Below are positions 18,603 to 27,465 of a DNA stretch of 64,000 bases, one piece after another. Every line of letters begins with the position of its first letter. The first letter of the stretch is position 1. The notes beneath the pieces were generated by a model that did not search any database, was not told the origin of the DNA, and worked only from the letters and a program-made list of their open reading frames with translations. Made by a program: the position numbers and the translations under genes. This DNA is from Bacteroidetes bacterium HGW-Bacteroidetes-5 (lineage in GTDB: Bacteria; Bacteroidota; Bacteroidia; Bacteroidales; UBA932): NCBI GenBank assembly GCA_002842515.1, contig PHDC01000002.1:190744-254743 (forward strand). The letters run 5' to 3'.

Positions 18603-18620
18603 CCTTGCCAAGGGTCTATT
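18600..18620 (+). repeat. Truncated family-A element on the higA stop
   Basis: TAACCTTGCCAAGGGTC. Confidence 0.75.
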
Positions 18621-18702
18621 GATTTTCGAAAATTATTATTATCTTTAAGTTAACTTTTCCGAAATATCAATCTGCCCTCTTAATCTACAGATATTCAAGA
18701 TT

Positions 18703-20001
18703 ATGAAAAGTGACGGCGCTTCTGAGCGAAAAGAGCCTAAAGAAGATTTAAGACACGAGGCCTGTCTTAGAGATTTATTGATTGAGATTACTGCAGATTT
18801 TATAAATATCCCTCTTGAACAGGTTGATAAGAAAGTCAATTTGGCTCTTAAAAAAATGGCGCAGTTTGTCAATGCAGATCGTTCATACACCTTCGATTAC
18901 GATTGGGAGAATGATGTTTGCAACAATACTTATGAGTGGTGCGCACAAGGGATTACTCCCGAAATTGGTAATCTGCAAAATCTTCCTCTCTATGTGCTCA
19001 AGGAGTGGGTGGTAGCCCATAAAAAGGGGGAATCTATGTATATTCACAATGTTCTTGATTTGCCGGATGGGATTGGAAAAGATGTTCTTGTATCACAGGG
19101 CATTAAAAGTTTTATTACAGTTCCGATGCTCGCAGGAGAGAGGTGTATAGGTTTTGTTGGATTTGATTCTGTGAGAGATTATAGATATTACTCAGATAAC
19201 GACCAGCAGATTCTTAAGATTTTTGGTCAAGTGCTGGCAAATGTAAAGATTCGAAAAGAGATGATCGATAATCTTGTGGTGGCAATAAAAAAGGCAGAAG
19301 AGAGCAACAGACTTAAGACTGCATTTATTCAAAATATTTCACACGAAATTCGAACGCCATTGAATGGAATTCTTGGTTTCAGCCAATTGATTGTAGATGA
19401 AACCATTCCTCAAAGCGAAAGAAAGCAATATTTCAAATTAATGCAGCAAAACAGCGATCGTCTCTTGCAAACGATCAACAACATAATGGACATTTCCGAG
19501 ATAACTGCAGGGTCAATTATACCTGTGAAAGAGAGTGTACATATTGGAATGGTATTGAATGATCTCTCCGAAAATCTTATTTCTAACTGTTTAACCGGCA
19601 ATGTTAAGATAATAACAAAGATTCCTGTCGGCTACGAGGAGCTTCGCATATTGACAGATCAAAAGCTCTTTACCAAAATCTTTACACAACTACTGAGCAA
19701 TGCACAAAAGTTTACCGAAGAGGGCTCCATCACTTTTGGTTTTGAAGTATCCGATGAATTGGTAACGTTTTTTGTAAAAGATACCGGAAAAGGGATATCT
19801 GCAGATAAACTTGATTTCATCTTCAAGCCTTTTATTCAAGAAGATACCTCAATAACTCGTGCACACGAAGGGAACGGGCTTGGGCTGCCAATCGCAAAGG
19901 GGCTGGTCGAACTTCTTGGTGGCAAACTTTGGGTTGAGTCCGAGCCAAAAAAGGGGACAAATTTTTATATGACCTTGCCAAGGGTCGTGGGGCTTAGTTG
20001 A
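18703..20001 (+). CDS. GAF-domain sensor histidine kinase
   Basis: GAF region; NISHEIRTPLNGI (H-box), VKDTGKGI, GNGLGLPI; tail TLPRVVGLS read from a family-A element. Confidence 0.9.
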   Translation: MKSDGASERKEPKEDLRHEACLRDLLIEITADFINIPLEQVDKKVNLALKKMAQFVNADRSYTFDYDWENDVCNNTYEWCAQGITPEIGNLQNLPLYVLKEWVVAHKKGESMYIHNVLDLPDGIGKDVLVSQGIKSFITVPMLAGERCIGFVGFDSVRDYRYYSDNDQQILKIFGQVLANVKIRKEMIDNLVVAIKKAEESNRLKTAFIQNISHEIRTPLNGILGFSQLIVDETIPQSERKQYFKLMQQNSDRLLQTINNIMDISEITAGSIIPVKESVHIGMVLNDLSENLISNCLTGNVKIITKIPVGYEELRILTDQKLFTKIFTQLLSNAQKFTEEGSITFGFEVSDELVTFFVKDTGKGISADKLDFIFKPFIQEDTSITRAHEGNGLGLPIAKGLVELLGGKLWVESEPKKGTNFYMTLPRVVGLS

Positions 20002-20015
20002 TAGCCAGCGTGTTA
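19971..20015 (+). repeat. Family-A element overlapping the kinase 3' end
   Basis: GACCTTGCCAAGGGTCGTGGGGC..CAGCGTGTTA. Confidence 0.85.
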
Positions 20016-20162
20016 TTAATTATGTCAACTTTCAAGAAAAAAATTCTCGAAGCTACAGGTGCCTATTTACAAGAAATATAAAGTTGAACGGGCATCATCT
20101 ACACTTATAGCCACAAATTTTATAATCGATCTCCTTTTGCCAGTACTCAAATCTCAAGGATA

Positions 20163-20194
20163 TTTGTTTATTTGAAAATTATCTTATATTTTTG
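20163..20194 (+). promoter_or_regulatory. Bacteroidota housekeeping promoter
   Basis: TTTG-N20-TATTTTTG upstream of the ATPase ATG at 20264. Confidence 0.6.
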
Positions 20195-20263
20195 CAGTTG
20201 CGACACCCACATTTCGGAAACGATCGTTTCGGAAACCTGTGTTTCGAAAATAATTGATTTGAT

Positions 20264-21583
20264 ATGAGATTTTATAATAGAGAAAAAGAGATTGCCCGCC
20301 TGAATGAGATCAGGGAGCGTTCGTTACGCAATGCACAGTTTACTGTGGTAACAGGTAGACGTCGCATTGGCAAGACCCAGTTGGTGTTAAGGGTAAATAA
20401 TGATACCCCAATCCTTTATTTCTTTGTCGCTCGAAAGGCAGAGAGTTTTCTTTGTCAGGATTTTCAACAAGAGATTACCAATAAGCTTGGCGTGCCTATT
20501 CTGGGAGAGATTAACAGCTTTGGTAAGTTGTTCGAATATCTGATGCAACTCTCACAGGAACGTGCTTTTACACTGATAGTAGATGAGTTCCAAGAGTTTA
20601 TTAAGGTTGCCCCGGGAGTGTATAGCGAAATACAGCACTATTGGGATATTTACAGCCAGCATAGTAAAATAAATATTATCGTCTGTGGCTCTGTCTACTC
20701 GTTGATGTACAAAATTTTCGAAAACGAGAAAGAGCCTTTGTTCGGCAGAGCAACTGCAAAATTGAGCGTTCGGCCCTTTGAGATCGATGTTTTAAAAGAG
20801 ATTCTGGCCGATCATAATGCAAATTATACTCCCGAAGATTTATTAGCTCTATTTACGTTCACCGGAGGTGTGGCTAAATATGTACAACAATTGATGGACT
20901 CAGATGCAACTACTTGCAAACGTATGCTCAATTTCATAATACAAGAAGACTCAACCTTTTTAAACGAAGGTAAAAATATGCTCATAGATGAGTTCGGAGG
21001 TGAATATTCCACCTATTTTACCATTCTTTCTGCTATAGCTCGAGGTGAGAACACGCGTGCTAAAATTGAGGCGTTGGTAAAGCGGGAAATTGGTGGTTAC
21101 CTTACAAAGTTAGAGCAGGATTATGGGTTGATAACAAAGAAACTACCTATTTTTTCGAAAGTGGAGACAAAGAATGTTCGTTACTCAATTGAAGATAATT
21201 TTTTAATCTTTTGGTTTAGATTTATATATAAATATGGATATATACTTGAAGTTGGAAACTATGATGGTTTGAGGAGCATCATAGATCGTGATTACAAAAC
21301 TTATAGCGGGAAAATCCTTGAAAAATATTTCCACACCAAGATAATTCAATCCCAAAACATTACAAAAATAGGTGGTTATTGGAACAGAAAGGGTGAAAAC
21401 GAGATTGATTTAGTGGTGGTTAACGAGTTGAATAAAGAAGCTCAAATTATAGAGATTAAGCGAAATAATGACAATATTGACTTAGATGCCCTTAAAAATA
21501 AAGGGGCTCAAATGATTCGTGCCACCGGCGAGATGAAAGATTATCAAATATCTTACCTAGGTTTATCCTTAGAAGATTGCTAA
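20264..21583 (+). CDS. ATP-binding protein (archaeal-type ATPase with DUF234-like C-terminal domain)
   Basis: GRRRIGKT, IVDEFQEF, IVCGS, GGYWNRKGENEIDLV. Confidence 0.9.
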   Translation: MRFYNREKEIARLNEIRERSLRNAQFTVVTGRRRIGKTQLVLRVNNDTPILYFFVARKAESFLCQDFQQEITNKLGVPILGEINSFGKLFEYLMQLSQERAFTLIVDEFQEFIKVAPGVYSEIQHYWDIYSQHSKINIIVCGSVYSLMYKIFENEKEPLFGRATAKLSVRPFEIDVLKEILADHNANYTPEDLLALFTFTGGVAKYVQQLMDSDATTCKRMLNFIIQEDSTFLNEGKNMLIDEFGGEYSTYFTILSAIARGENTRAKIEALVKREIGGYLTKLEQDYGLITKKLPIFSKVETKNVRYSIEDNFLIFWFRFIYKYGYILEVGNYDGLRSIIDRDYKTYSGKILEKYFHTKIIQSQNITKIGGYWNRKGENEIDLVVVNELNKEAQIIEIKRNNDNIDLDALKNKGAQMIRATGEMKDYQISYLGLSLEDC

Positions 21584-21606
21584 CCCCCCGTAAAGAGTCA
21601 ATAAAC

Positions 21607-23907
21607 CTACCAATTAAATCGTATCCTCAAAAAGAGGTTTCGGCCGGGTTCTATACTGATTTCGCCGCGGTTGGTGGAGAGGTGGTTTGTGTAGCTTGTG
21701 TCGGTGATGTTGTCTATCCCGGCAAAGAGTTGTAGGCGGGTGGCGCCTATTGTAAACTCGCGGGTGTTGTAGAACATATCGAGGCGTAAGTATCCGGGTG
21801 TTTCGCTCTCGCCGGCGGCAATTTTGTCCTGCTTGGCTACTGCGGTTAGATGCATCTCCAGTGAACCGAACCTGTAGTTGGAGTAGCGGGCCCCTACCCC
21901 GCCTTTTAGTGGCGGTATCATAGGCAGATTGCCGGTGCTGCCCGCTACGCCGCCGGCGCCACTATCTTCTCCCATATCTTTTCCGCGTACATATGCTCCG
22001 GAGAGCATCACTGTCCAGTTGCGGTAGAGATTGTAATCCAGCTGGAAGTCGAAACCGTACAGGAGTGCTTTGCTGATGTTGGAGTTAATAAATGCCGGGA
22101 GGGTTTGGGGCTGGGAGCCGGATGTGAGTGTGTATGTGAACTCGCCGGGTATTTCGGCAATCATATTTGTGATGCTGTTAATGTAGACTCCGGCCTGCAG
22201 GGTGAAATTCTTTTTCCAAACTCGCACACCCATATCTGCAGAGTACCCCTTCTCCGGCATCAGAGCCGGGTTGCCCAGGCGTACATAGCTTCCCAGGTCT
22301 ATATATTTGAATCGCTCTTCCAGCGACGGCGCCCGGAATGAGCGGGCTACATTTAGGGAAAGATCTGTGTTGCTGTCTATTTTATAGAGGATTCCGCCGT
22401 TGGCGCTCCAGGAGATGCTACCCTCATTGCCGGCCTCAAAGGTTAGGCGCTGGGTAGATGGTGCGTCGTTTCGTACTCCGTTAAGGATAATATAATCAAC
22501 ATCATAGCCCTTTTTATTTGTTATCTGCACTCCATCTATACGGGCTCCCGTGATAATTGTGAGGCGTTTATCGAGCAGATAGTTTTCGTTTTGGATAAAG
22601 AAGCCTGCGTTGTTGGATCTTGATTCGGGGATTGGTGTCTCGCCGCGCTCGATATTGTTGGTCACAAGAGTTGTGCCGGCAGGGTTGTTGACCTTTACGG
22701 TTATAAACCTCTGGCGAGAGGTGGTAAGTTTGCGTCCCCACAAATCTGCGCCCAAAATAAGAACGTCATTTTCGGACATTTTTAGGGTCCCCTGTAGCTG
22801 AACTCCGTTTGTGAGGTGCTCTCCGGTTGGGGTCATCAATGTGGGTTCGGTAAGCTGGGTATTTCCGTTTGGAAGTGTGGCGCGCACAACTGTGTTTGGA
22901 ATAAGTGTTACATCTCTGTCTATGAACTGGTTAAAGTAGCTCAATTTGAGCGAGGTGAACACCTGCGATATCTTGGTAATCTCGTAACTTGCCGCAAAAA
23001 GGTCTCTTGAGATGTTTGAGTAGGTCGCTTCGGAAGTTAGCGGAAATGCGTCGCCGCCCGGAATTCCCACATTTGTAGATCTATTACGTTGATATTGTAT
23101 CTTAAGTAGATGGTTAGCAAATGGTTTCACGCCAATGCTTGTCCTAAAATTGTTGGTGGTAAACTGGCTGTTTGGCAAAACACCGCGTGGCGTGCGCATA
23201 TCGCCGGCGTTGGTGTAGGTCCCGCTTAGACTGAGGTACCACTTTTGCGACCCTGTGTTCACGGAGGTGTAGCCCGAGAAGAGGCTGTTTGCAGATGCAT
23301 AGCCGGAGATTACACTGCCGCCGATGTAGAGTTTATCTGCAAAGTACCCCCCTTTGGTTATGATGTTCACGATTCCGCCCATTGCTCCGGTTCCATAGAG
23401 TGAAGATTGTGCCCCCTTGATCACCTCAACTCGCTCTACATCATTCACATCCACCATACTGAGCGATGCGGTGAGGTCGGTCGCGGTCTCAACCCGGTTG
23501 CCGTCTATGAGTGTAACAAGGCGGCTCTCCCCCATCCCGCGAATGTTGATGCTTGTTGCCCAGATTCCGTCGCCTCCCATTGAGATACCAGGCTGGTTAT
23601 TAAGTACATTGGAGATTGTTTGTGAAGATCGTTTCTGATAAACTGCGCTTGTCACAATGTTGATGCTGGCCGGCAGCTCTTTGATCTTTCTCTCTACTTT
23701 TATTACTGAGACTACAACTTCGCCCAGCGCAACGGTGTCCGGCCGGGCCGTCTTGTGATTCTGGTCAATAAATTGCCCGCTTAGCGTGCTGTCCGGCCTG
23801 CTTTGATTGGTCTCTTGCCCTGCTTGGCCGGAATTTTGTCCTGACACAACAGGCAGAAGTGCGACCATACAGATGGCCGTCAAAATGGAGATCTTTGCTC
23901 TATTCAT
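21607..23907 (-). CDS. TonB-dependent receptor
   Basis: Signal peptide, plug (INIRGMG..LIDG, ERVEVIKGAQSSLYG..GGIVNIITK), C-terminal FNW. Confidence 0.9.
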   Translation of the reverse strand: MNRAKISILTAICMVALLPVVSGQNSGQAGQETNQSRPDSTLSGQFIDQNHKTARPDTVALGEVVVSVIKVERKIKELPASINIVTSAVYQKRSSQTISNVLNNQPGISMGGDGIWATSINIRGMGESRLVTLIDGNRVETATDLTASLSMVDVNDVERVEVIKGAQSSLYGTGAMGGIVNIITKGGYFADKLYIGGSVISGYASANSLFSGYTSVNTGSQKWYLSLSGTYTNAGDMRTPRGVLPNSQFTTNNFRTSIGVKPFANHLLKIQYQRNRSTNVGIPGGDAFPLTSEATYSNISRDLFAASYEITKISQVFTSLKLSYFNQFIDRDVTLIPNTVVRATLPNGNTQLTEPTLMTPTGEHLTNGVQLQGTLKMSENDVLILGADLWGRKLTTSRQRFITVKVNNPAGTTLVTNNIERGETPIPESRSNNAGFFIQNENYLLDKRLTIITGARIDGVQITNKKGYDVDYIILNGVRNDAPSTQRLTFEAGNEGSISWSANGGILYKIDSNTDLSLNVARSFRAPSLEERFKYIDLGSYVRLGNPALMPEKGYSADMGVRVWKKNFTLQAGVYINSITNMIAEIPGEFTYTLTSGSQPQTLPAFINSNISKALLYGFDFQLDYNLYRNWTVMLSGAYVRGKDMGEDSGAGGVAGSTGNLPMIPPLKGGVGARYSNYRFGSLEMHLTAVAKQDKIAAGESETPGYLRLDMFYNTREFTIGATRLQLFAGIDNITDTSYTNHLSTNRGEISIEPGRNLFLRIRFNW

Positions 23908-23912
23908 CTTAT

Positions 23913-24155
23913 CTACTTTTTTAAAAGCACCGATTTTACCTGAATTCCTTTTAAACGCCCAAGCTGGCCTGTAAGGGAACCAATCTCGTCTGTAGTACCT
24001 TCAAGAATAAGGGAGATGATGCCAAGATCATTTTTATGGGGCAAGCCTTGCCGCCCGATTATGATGTTGAAATGATTTGAGAGGATGTCGTTAAGCAGCT
24101 GAACGCTCTCGCGACTCTCAATTTGAATTATTGCTGTTCCTATTCTCTTTTCCAT
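23913..24155 (-). CDS. TM1266-family (iron-only hydrogenase system) putative regulator, ACT-like
   Basis: 80 aa; RIGTAIIQIE..LNDILS..IIGRQGLP..ISLILEG..IGSLTGQLGRLKGIQVKS. Confidence 0.75.
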   Translation of the reverse strand: MEKRIGTAIIQIESRESVQLLNDILSNHFNIIIGRQGLPHKNDLGIISLILEGTTDEIGSLTGQLGRLKGIQVKSVLLKK

Positions 24156-24309
24156 CAGGATGCCTCCGGATTAGATTGTTATTTGATTCCCCGTTAGACC
24201 TTGATAGGATTTAAACCCAAAATCGCAGTACAAATACGGTATTTATTTCGCCACAAAGTTATTGTTTTTTTTGACAAGTTATATAAATCTGATAGTTTTG
24301 TGTAAAAGT

Positions 24310-24402
24310 TATACTTTTGTGTAATGCTCATTAATATGTATAAACCTAATTTTTGTTTAAAACATATACTTTTGTGTAATGCTCATAAATATGTGTAAAC
24401 CT
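24310..24402 (+). repeat. 38-bp direct duplication (55-bp period) in a divergent promoter region
   Basis: TATACTTTTGTGTAATGCTCA..AATATGT.TAAACCT at 24310 and 24365; each copy contains TACTTTTG (TAnnTTTG). Confidence 0.8.
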
Positions 24403-24428
24403 CATCCCTTTTTGTAAAAATTTATTTT

Positions 24429-25433
24429 ATGCGTAAAATTTTCCTCTTGGCTTGTGTTGCGGTGTTGCTGTTTGGCGGATGCAGAAACGCGTCACAAAAT
24501 GCGGGGGAGGATTCCCAAATTGTAATAGCCACCCTCAAGGGGCCATCTTCAATGGGGATGATACAATTTATTGACAGCATAAGCACATCTGCACTCTCTC
24601 AAATTAAATCTGCACACTCTCAAATTAAATCTGCACACTCTCTAATTAAAATTGATATCCTTAACGAACCGATGCAGGTTCGGAAGATGATGCTGGATGG
24701 ATCTGCAGATTTTGCTATTTTGCCCACCACAATGGCCGCGCTTATGTATAACAAAGGTGTAGATTACAGGCTGATGGCCATTCCGGTTTGGGGTTCGCTC
24801 TACCTGGTTGGCAAGGACAGCACCATTACCGGCTGGGCGAATCTTAGAAACAAGAGGATAAATGTTATGGGCAGGGGGATGACTCCCGATGTTCTTTTTC
24901 GTTACTTGCTGGAAAAGAATGGTATAGATCCCGAAACCGATGTGGTTCTGGACTACAGCTTTCCGACCCATATAGATCTGGCCAACGCTGTTGCAGCCGG
25001 TATTGCAGATATGGGGGTGGTATCCGAACCGTTTGCCACTTTGGTTCTGGATAAGAACCGGGATGTTCGCACACTTTTTGACCTAAATCTCGAATGGGAC
25101 AAACTGCAGGGAGTAGCAATGGCTCAAACCGCTTTTGTGGTCAGGGAGAGCTTTTTGCGCCGGCACCCTCAAAAGGTTAAGCAAATATTATCTGCCTATC
25201 AAAGATCTTCCCTGTGGGTGAACCAAAACTTAGATAGCGCCGCCAAACTTATTGTGAAGTACGATATTTTGCCGGAACACGGGCTCGCTTTGCGCTCAAT
25301 TCCAAGGTCCAACATCCTCTTCGTGCCGGCGGCCGGCATACGCGATGGGGTAGATAGATACCTGAGAATTTTTTATGATATTAATCCAGATATAATTGGA
25401 GGAAAAATGCCGGATGAAAATTTCATTAACTAA
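24429..25433 (+). CDS. NitT/TauT-family ABC substrate-binding lipoprotein
   Basis: Lipobox FGGC; LKGPSSMG, GRGMTPD; 21-bp in-frame triplication at 24588-24650. Confidence 0.8.
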   Translation: MRKIFLLACVAVLLFGGCRNASQNAGEDSQIVIATLKGPSSMGMIQFIDSISTSALSQIKSAHSQIKSAHSLIKIDILNEPMQVRKMMLDGSADFAILPTTMAALMYNKGVDYRLMAIPVWGSLYLVGKDSTITGWANLRNKRINVMGRGMTPDVLFRYLLEKNGIDPETDVVLDYSFPTHIDLANAVAAGIADMGVVSEPFATLVLDKNRDVRTLFDLNLEWDKLQGVAMAQTAFVVRESFLRRHPQKVKQILSAYQRSSLWVNQNLDSAAKLIVKYDILPEHGLALRSIPRSNILFVPAAGIRDGVDRYLRIFYDINPDIIGGKMPDENFIN

Positions 25434-26172
25434 AAAGCACTACATATCCATTGCTTCTGTAGTTGTGATGCTCGCCATTTGGCAGAGCGCAGCCTTCTAC
25501 TTTGGCTCGGCGCTCATAGTCCCTCAGCCCAAAGATACTTTTCTGACTGTTTTTAAGCTAATTGGAGATTTAGATTTTATTCAGGTTGTGGGGGCAACAG
25601 TGCTGCGCGGGCTCTTTGGGTTTTTCATATCTGCAGTGCTGGGCCTGTTTGTAGGAGTTCTCTCCGGGTTACGACCAAATTTCAACACCTTTATCTCCCC
25701 ATTCTTGGTCACCATCCGCTCCGTTCCCGTAATCTCCCTCATCTTGTTGGCACTTATCTGGTTCAACCCCAATGTGGTACCAATCTTTATCGCAATGCTC
25801 ACAATGTTCCCTTTTATCTGCACCAATGTTGCAGATGGAATAAAGAGTGTAGATCCCAACCTTATCCAAATGGCTAATTTTTACCGGGTTGATAAAAGGA
25901 AGATTTTGCGTTGTGTATATATTCCTGCCATTATGCCCTTTATTATCAGCGGCGCTTCAAGTGCAATGGGCATCGGCTGGAGAGCAATAATTATCGGCGA
26001 GGTGCTGAGCCAGCCAAAATATGGCATCGGCACGAAGATGCAGTCAGCTCAAACCTACCTCAATGTGGAGGCCGTAATCGCCTGGACCCTTATCGCCATA
26101 ATTATCAGCTTTGCTTTTGAAAAAATTATCCGACTCTACGAAAAACGAGTTTTAAAATGGAGGGCTCAATAA
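25414..26172 (+). CDS. NitT/TauT-family ABC permease
   Basis: Hydrophobic helices; IGWRAIIIGEVL. Confidence 0.85.
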   Translation: MKISLTKKHYISIASVVVMLAIWQSAAFYFGSALIVPQPKDTFLTVFKLIGDLDFIQVVGATVLRGLFGFFISAVLGLFVGVLSGLRPNFNTFISPFLVTIRSVPVISLILLALIWFNPNVVPIFIAMLTMFPFICTNVADGIKSVDPNLIQMANFYRVDKRKILRCVYIPAIMPFIISGASSAMGIGWRAIIIGEVLSQPKYGIGTKMQSAQTYLNVEAVIAWTLIAIIISFAFEKIIRLYEKRVLKWRAQ

Positions 26173-26894
26173 TGACAAAATCAAAAGCAGGGAACTTGCA
26201 GATGGATAGCTCGCAGATGGAGAGTTCTAAGATAGATCGCTCGCATATGGGTTTGCAGATAAAAGATCTCAATAAGAGTTTTAACGGGATCACCCTCTTC
26301 AAGGATTTCAATCTCAGTTTGGCAGAGAGCACCATCACCTGCATTCTGGGCCCTTCGGGTTGCGGGAAGAGCACACTGCTCAACATTATCGGCAAAGTAA
26401 TTTTGCCCGACAGCGGCTCCCTCATTGGTTTCGATGATAAGATCTTCTCATATATTTTTCAGGAGCCGCGGCTGCTGCCCTGGAAAACGGTTCGAGGTAA
26501 TATCGAATTTGTGCTTGGCGGGAATATGTCGCCCTCTCAAAGAAGGAGTGAGGCAGATAGGCTCATTCATAAAGTTCAGTTAGAAGGTTTTGCCAACTAC
26601 TACCCCTCACAGTTGAGCGGCGGTATGCGCCAGCGTGTCTCAATTGCGCGCGCCTTCGCCTGCCACTCCGATATCATCCTGATGGACGAGCCGCTCAACG
26701 GACTGGATGCCTCCCTAAAACAGAATATGATAGAGTGGTTTTCCCAAATCTGGAAAGAGGACAGGCGCACCGTAATCTTCGTAACCCACAATGTAGACGA
26801 AGCCCAGCTACTCGGCGACGAAATCATCGTCCTAAGCAACCCACCCGTGCAAGTTGTGAAGAGAACCTTGCCAAGCATCGTGGGGCTTTCTTAA
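26172..26894 (+). CDS. NitT/TauT-family ABC ATP-binding protein
   Basis: GPSGCGKS, LSGGMRQR, LMDEP; TAATG coupling; tail TLPSIVGLS read from a family-A element. Confidence 0.9.
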   Translation: MTKSKAGNLQMDSSQMESSKIDRSHMGLQIKDLNKSFNGITLFKDFNLSLAESTITCILGPSGCGKSTLLNIIGKVILPDSGSLIGFDDKIFSYIFQEPRLLPWKTVRGNIEFVLGGNMSPSQRRSEADRLIHKVQLEGFANYYPSQLSGGMRQRVSIARAFACHSDIILMDEPLNGLDASLKQNMIEWFSQIWKEDRRTVIFVTHNVDEAQLLGDEIIVLSNPPVQVVKRTLPSIVGLS

Positions 26895-27460
26895 AACTGC
26901 GCAGCAGTAAACACAACCGCGCAGCGGACCGCAAATCCGTCTGTTATAGTTCCCCACATAACTTTTTATCCTCGGAGAATTTTCATCTGCCAGTGTTTTG
27001 TGTAAGTTGCTGTAGATTAATAGATTAATTTTTGTGTTTTTCTCAATTGCCAAAATCCCAATTTTTAAACACCTGAATACTAGCTTGTTTCACATAACAC
27101 TGCCAGTTGAATTTTCTACTATGCGGTTATGTGGTCCGTTTCACGGCTTGTGTTGTCCACTTCGTGGTTGTGTGGTCCGTTTCACGGATGTGTTGTCCAC
27201 TTCGTGGTTATGTGGTCCGTTTCACGGATGTGTTTTCCACTTCGTGGTTATGTAAAAAAAGCGCAGCCGTAAAACAGCTGCGCAAAATATCTCAGGGCTC
27301 TTGTGCCAAGACGCACATAATCAATTACTTAACCAAATTTTAATTTGCGTGTAAAACACTTAAACACAATGTTTTGGCACAAGAGCCCTGAGATGGATAC
27401 GGGCAAAGAACCCAGAGATGCGGGCAAAGAGCCCTGAGATGAAAACCTGAGATGAAAACC
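26863..27460. repeat. Composite repeat cluster: family A + GCA hairpins + B2 + GAA hairpin array + family C + short tandem units
   Basis: A 26863; GCA 26897-26934; B2 26987-27106; array 27124-27253; C 27289-27394; GGGCAAAGA(A/G)CCC(A/T)GAGAT units to about 27460. Confidence 0.85.
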
Positions 27461-27465
27461 CGCGA

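Noticed and set aside
3771-20015. Integron attC sites (family-A copies run TAAC...GTTA and overlap stop codons)
   Set aside because: Only the 4-bp ends pair; no L''/L' box pairing at attC spacing, R boxes fit RYYYAAC/GTTRRRY poorly, and there is no integrase.
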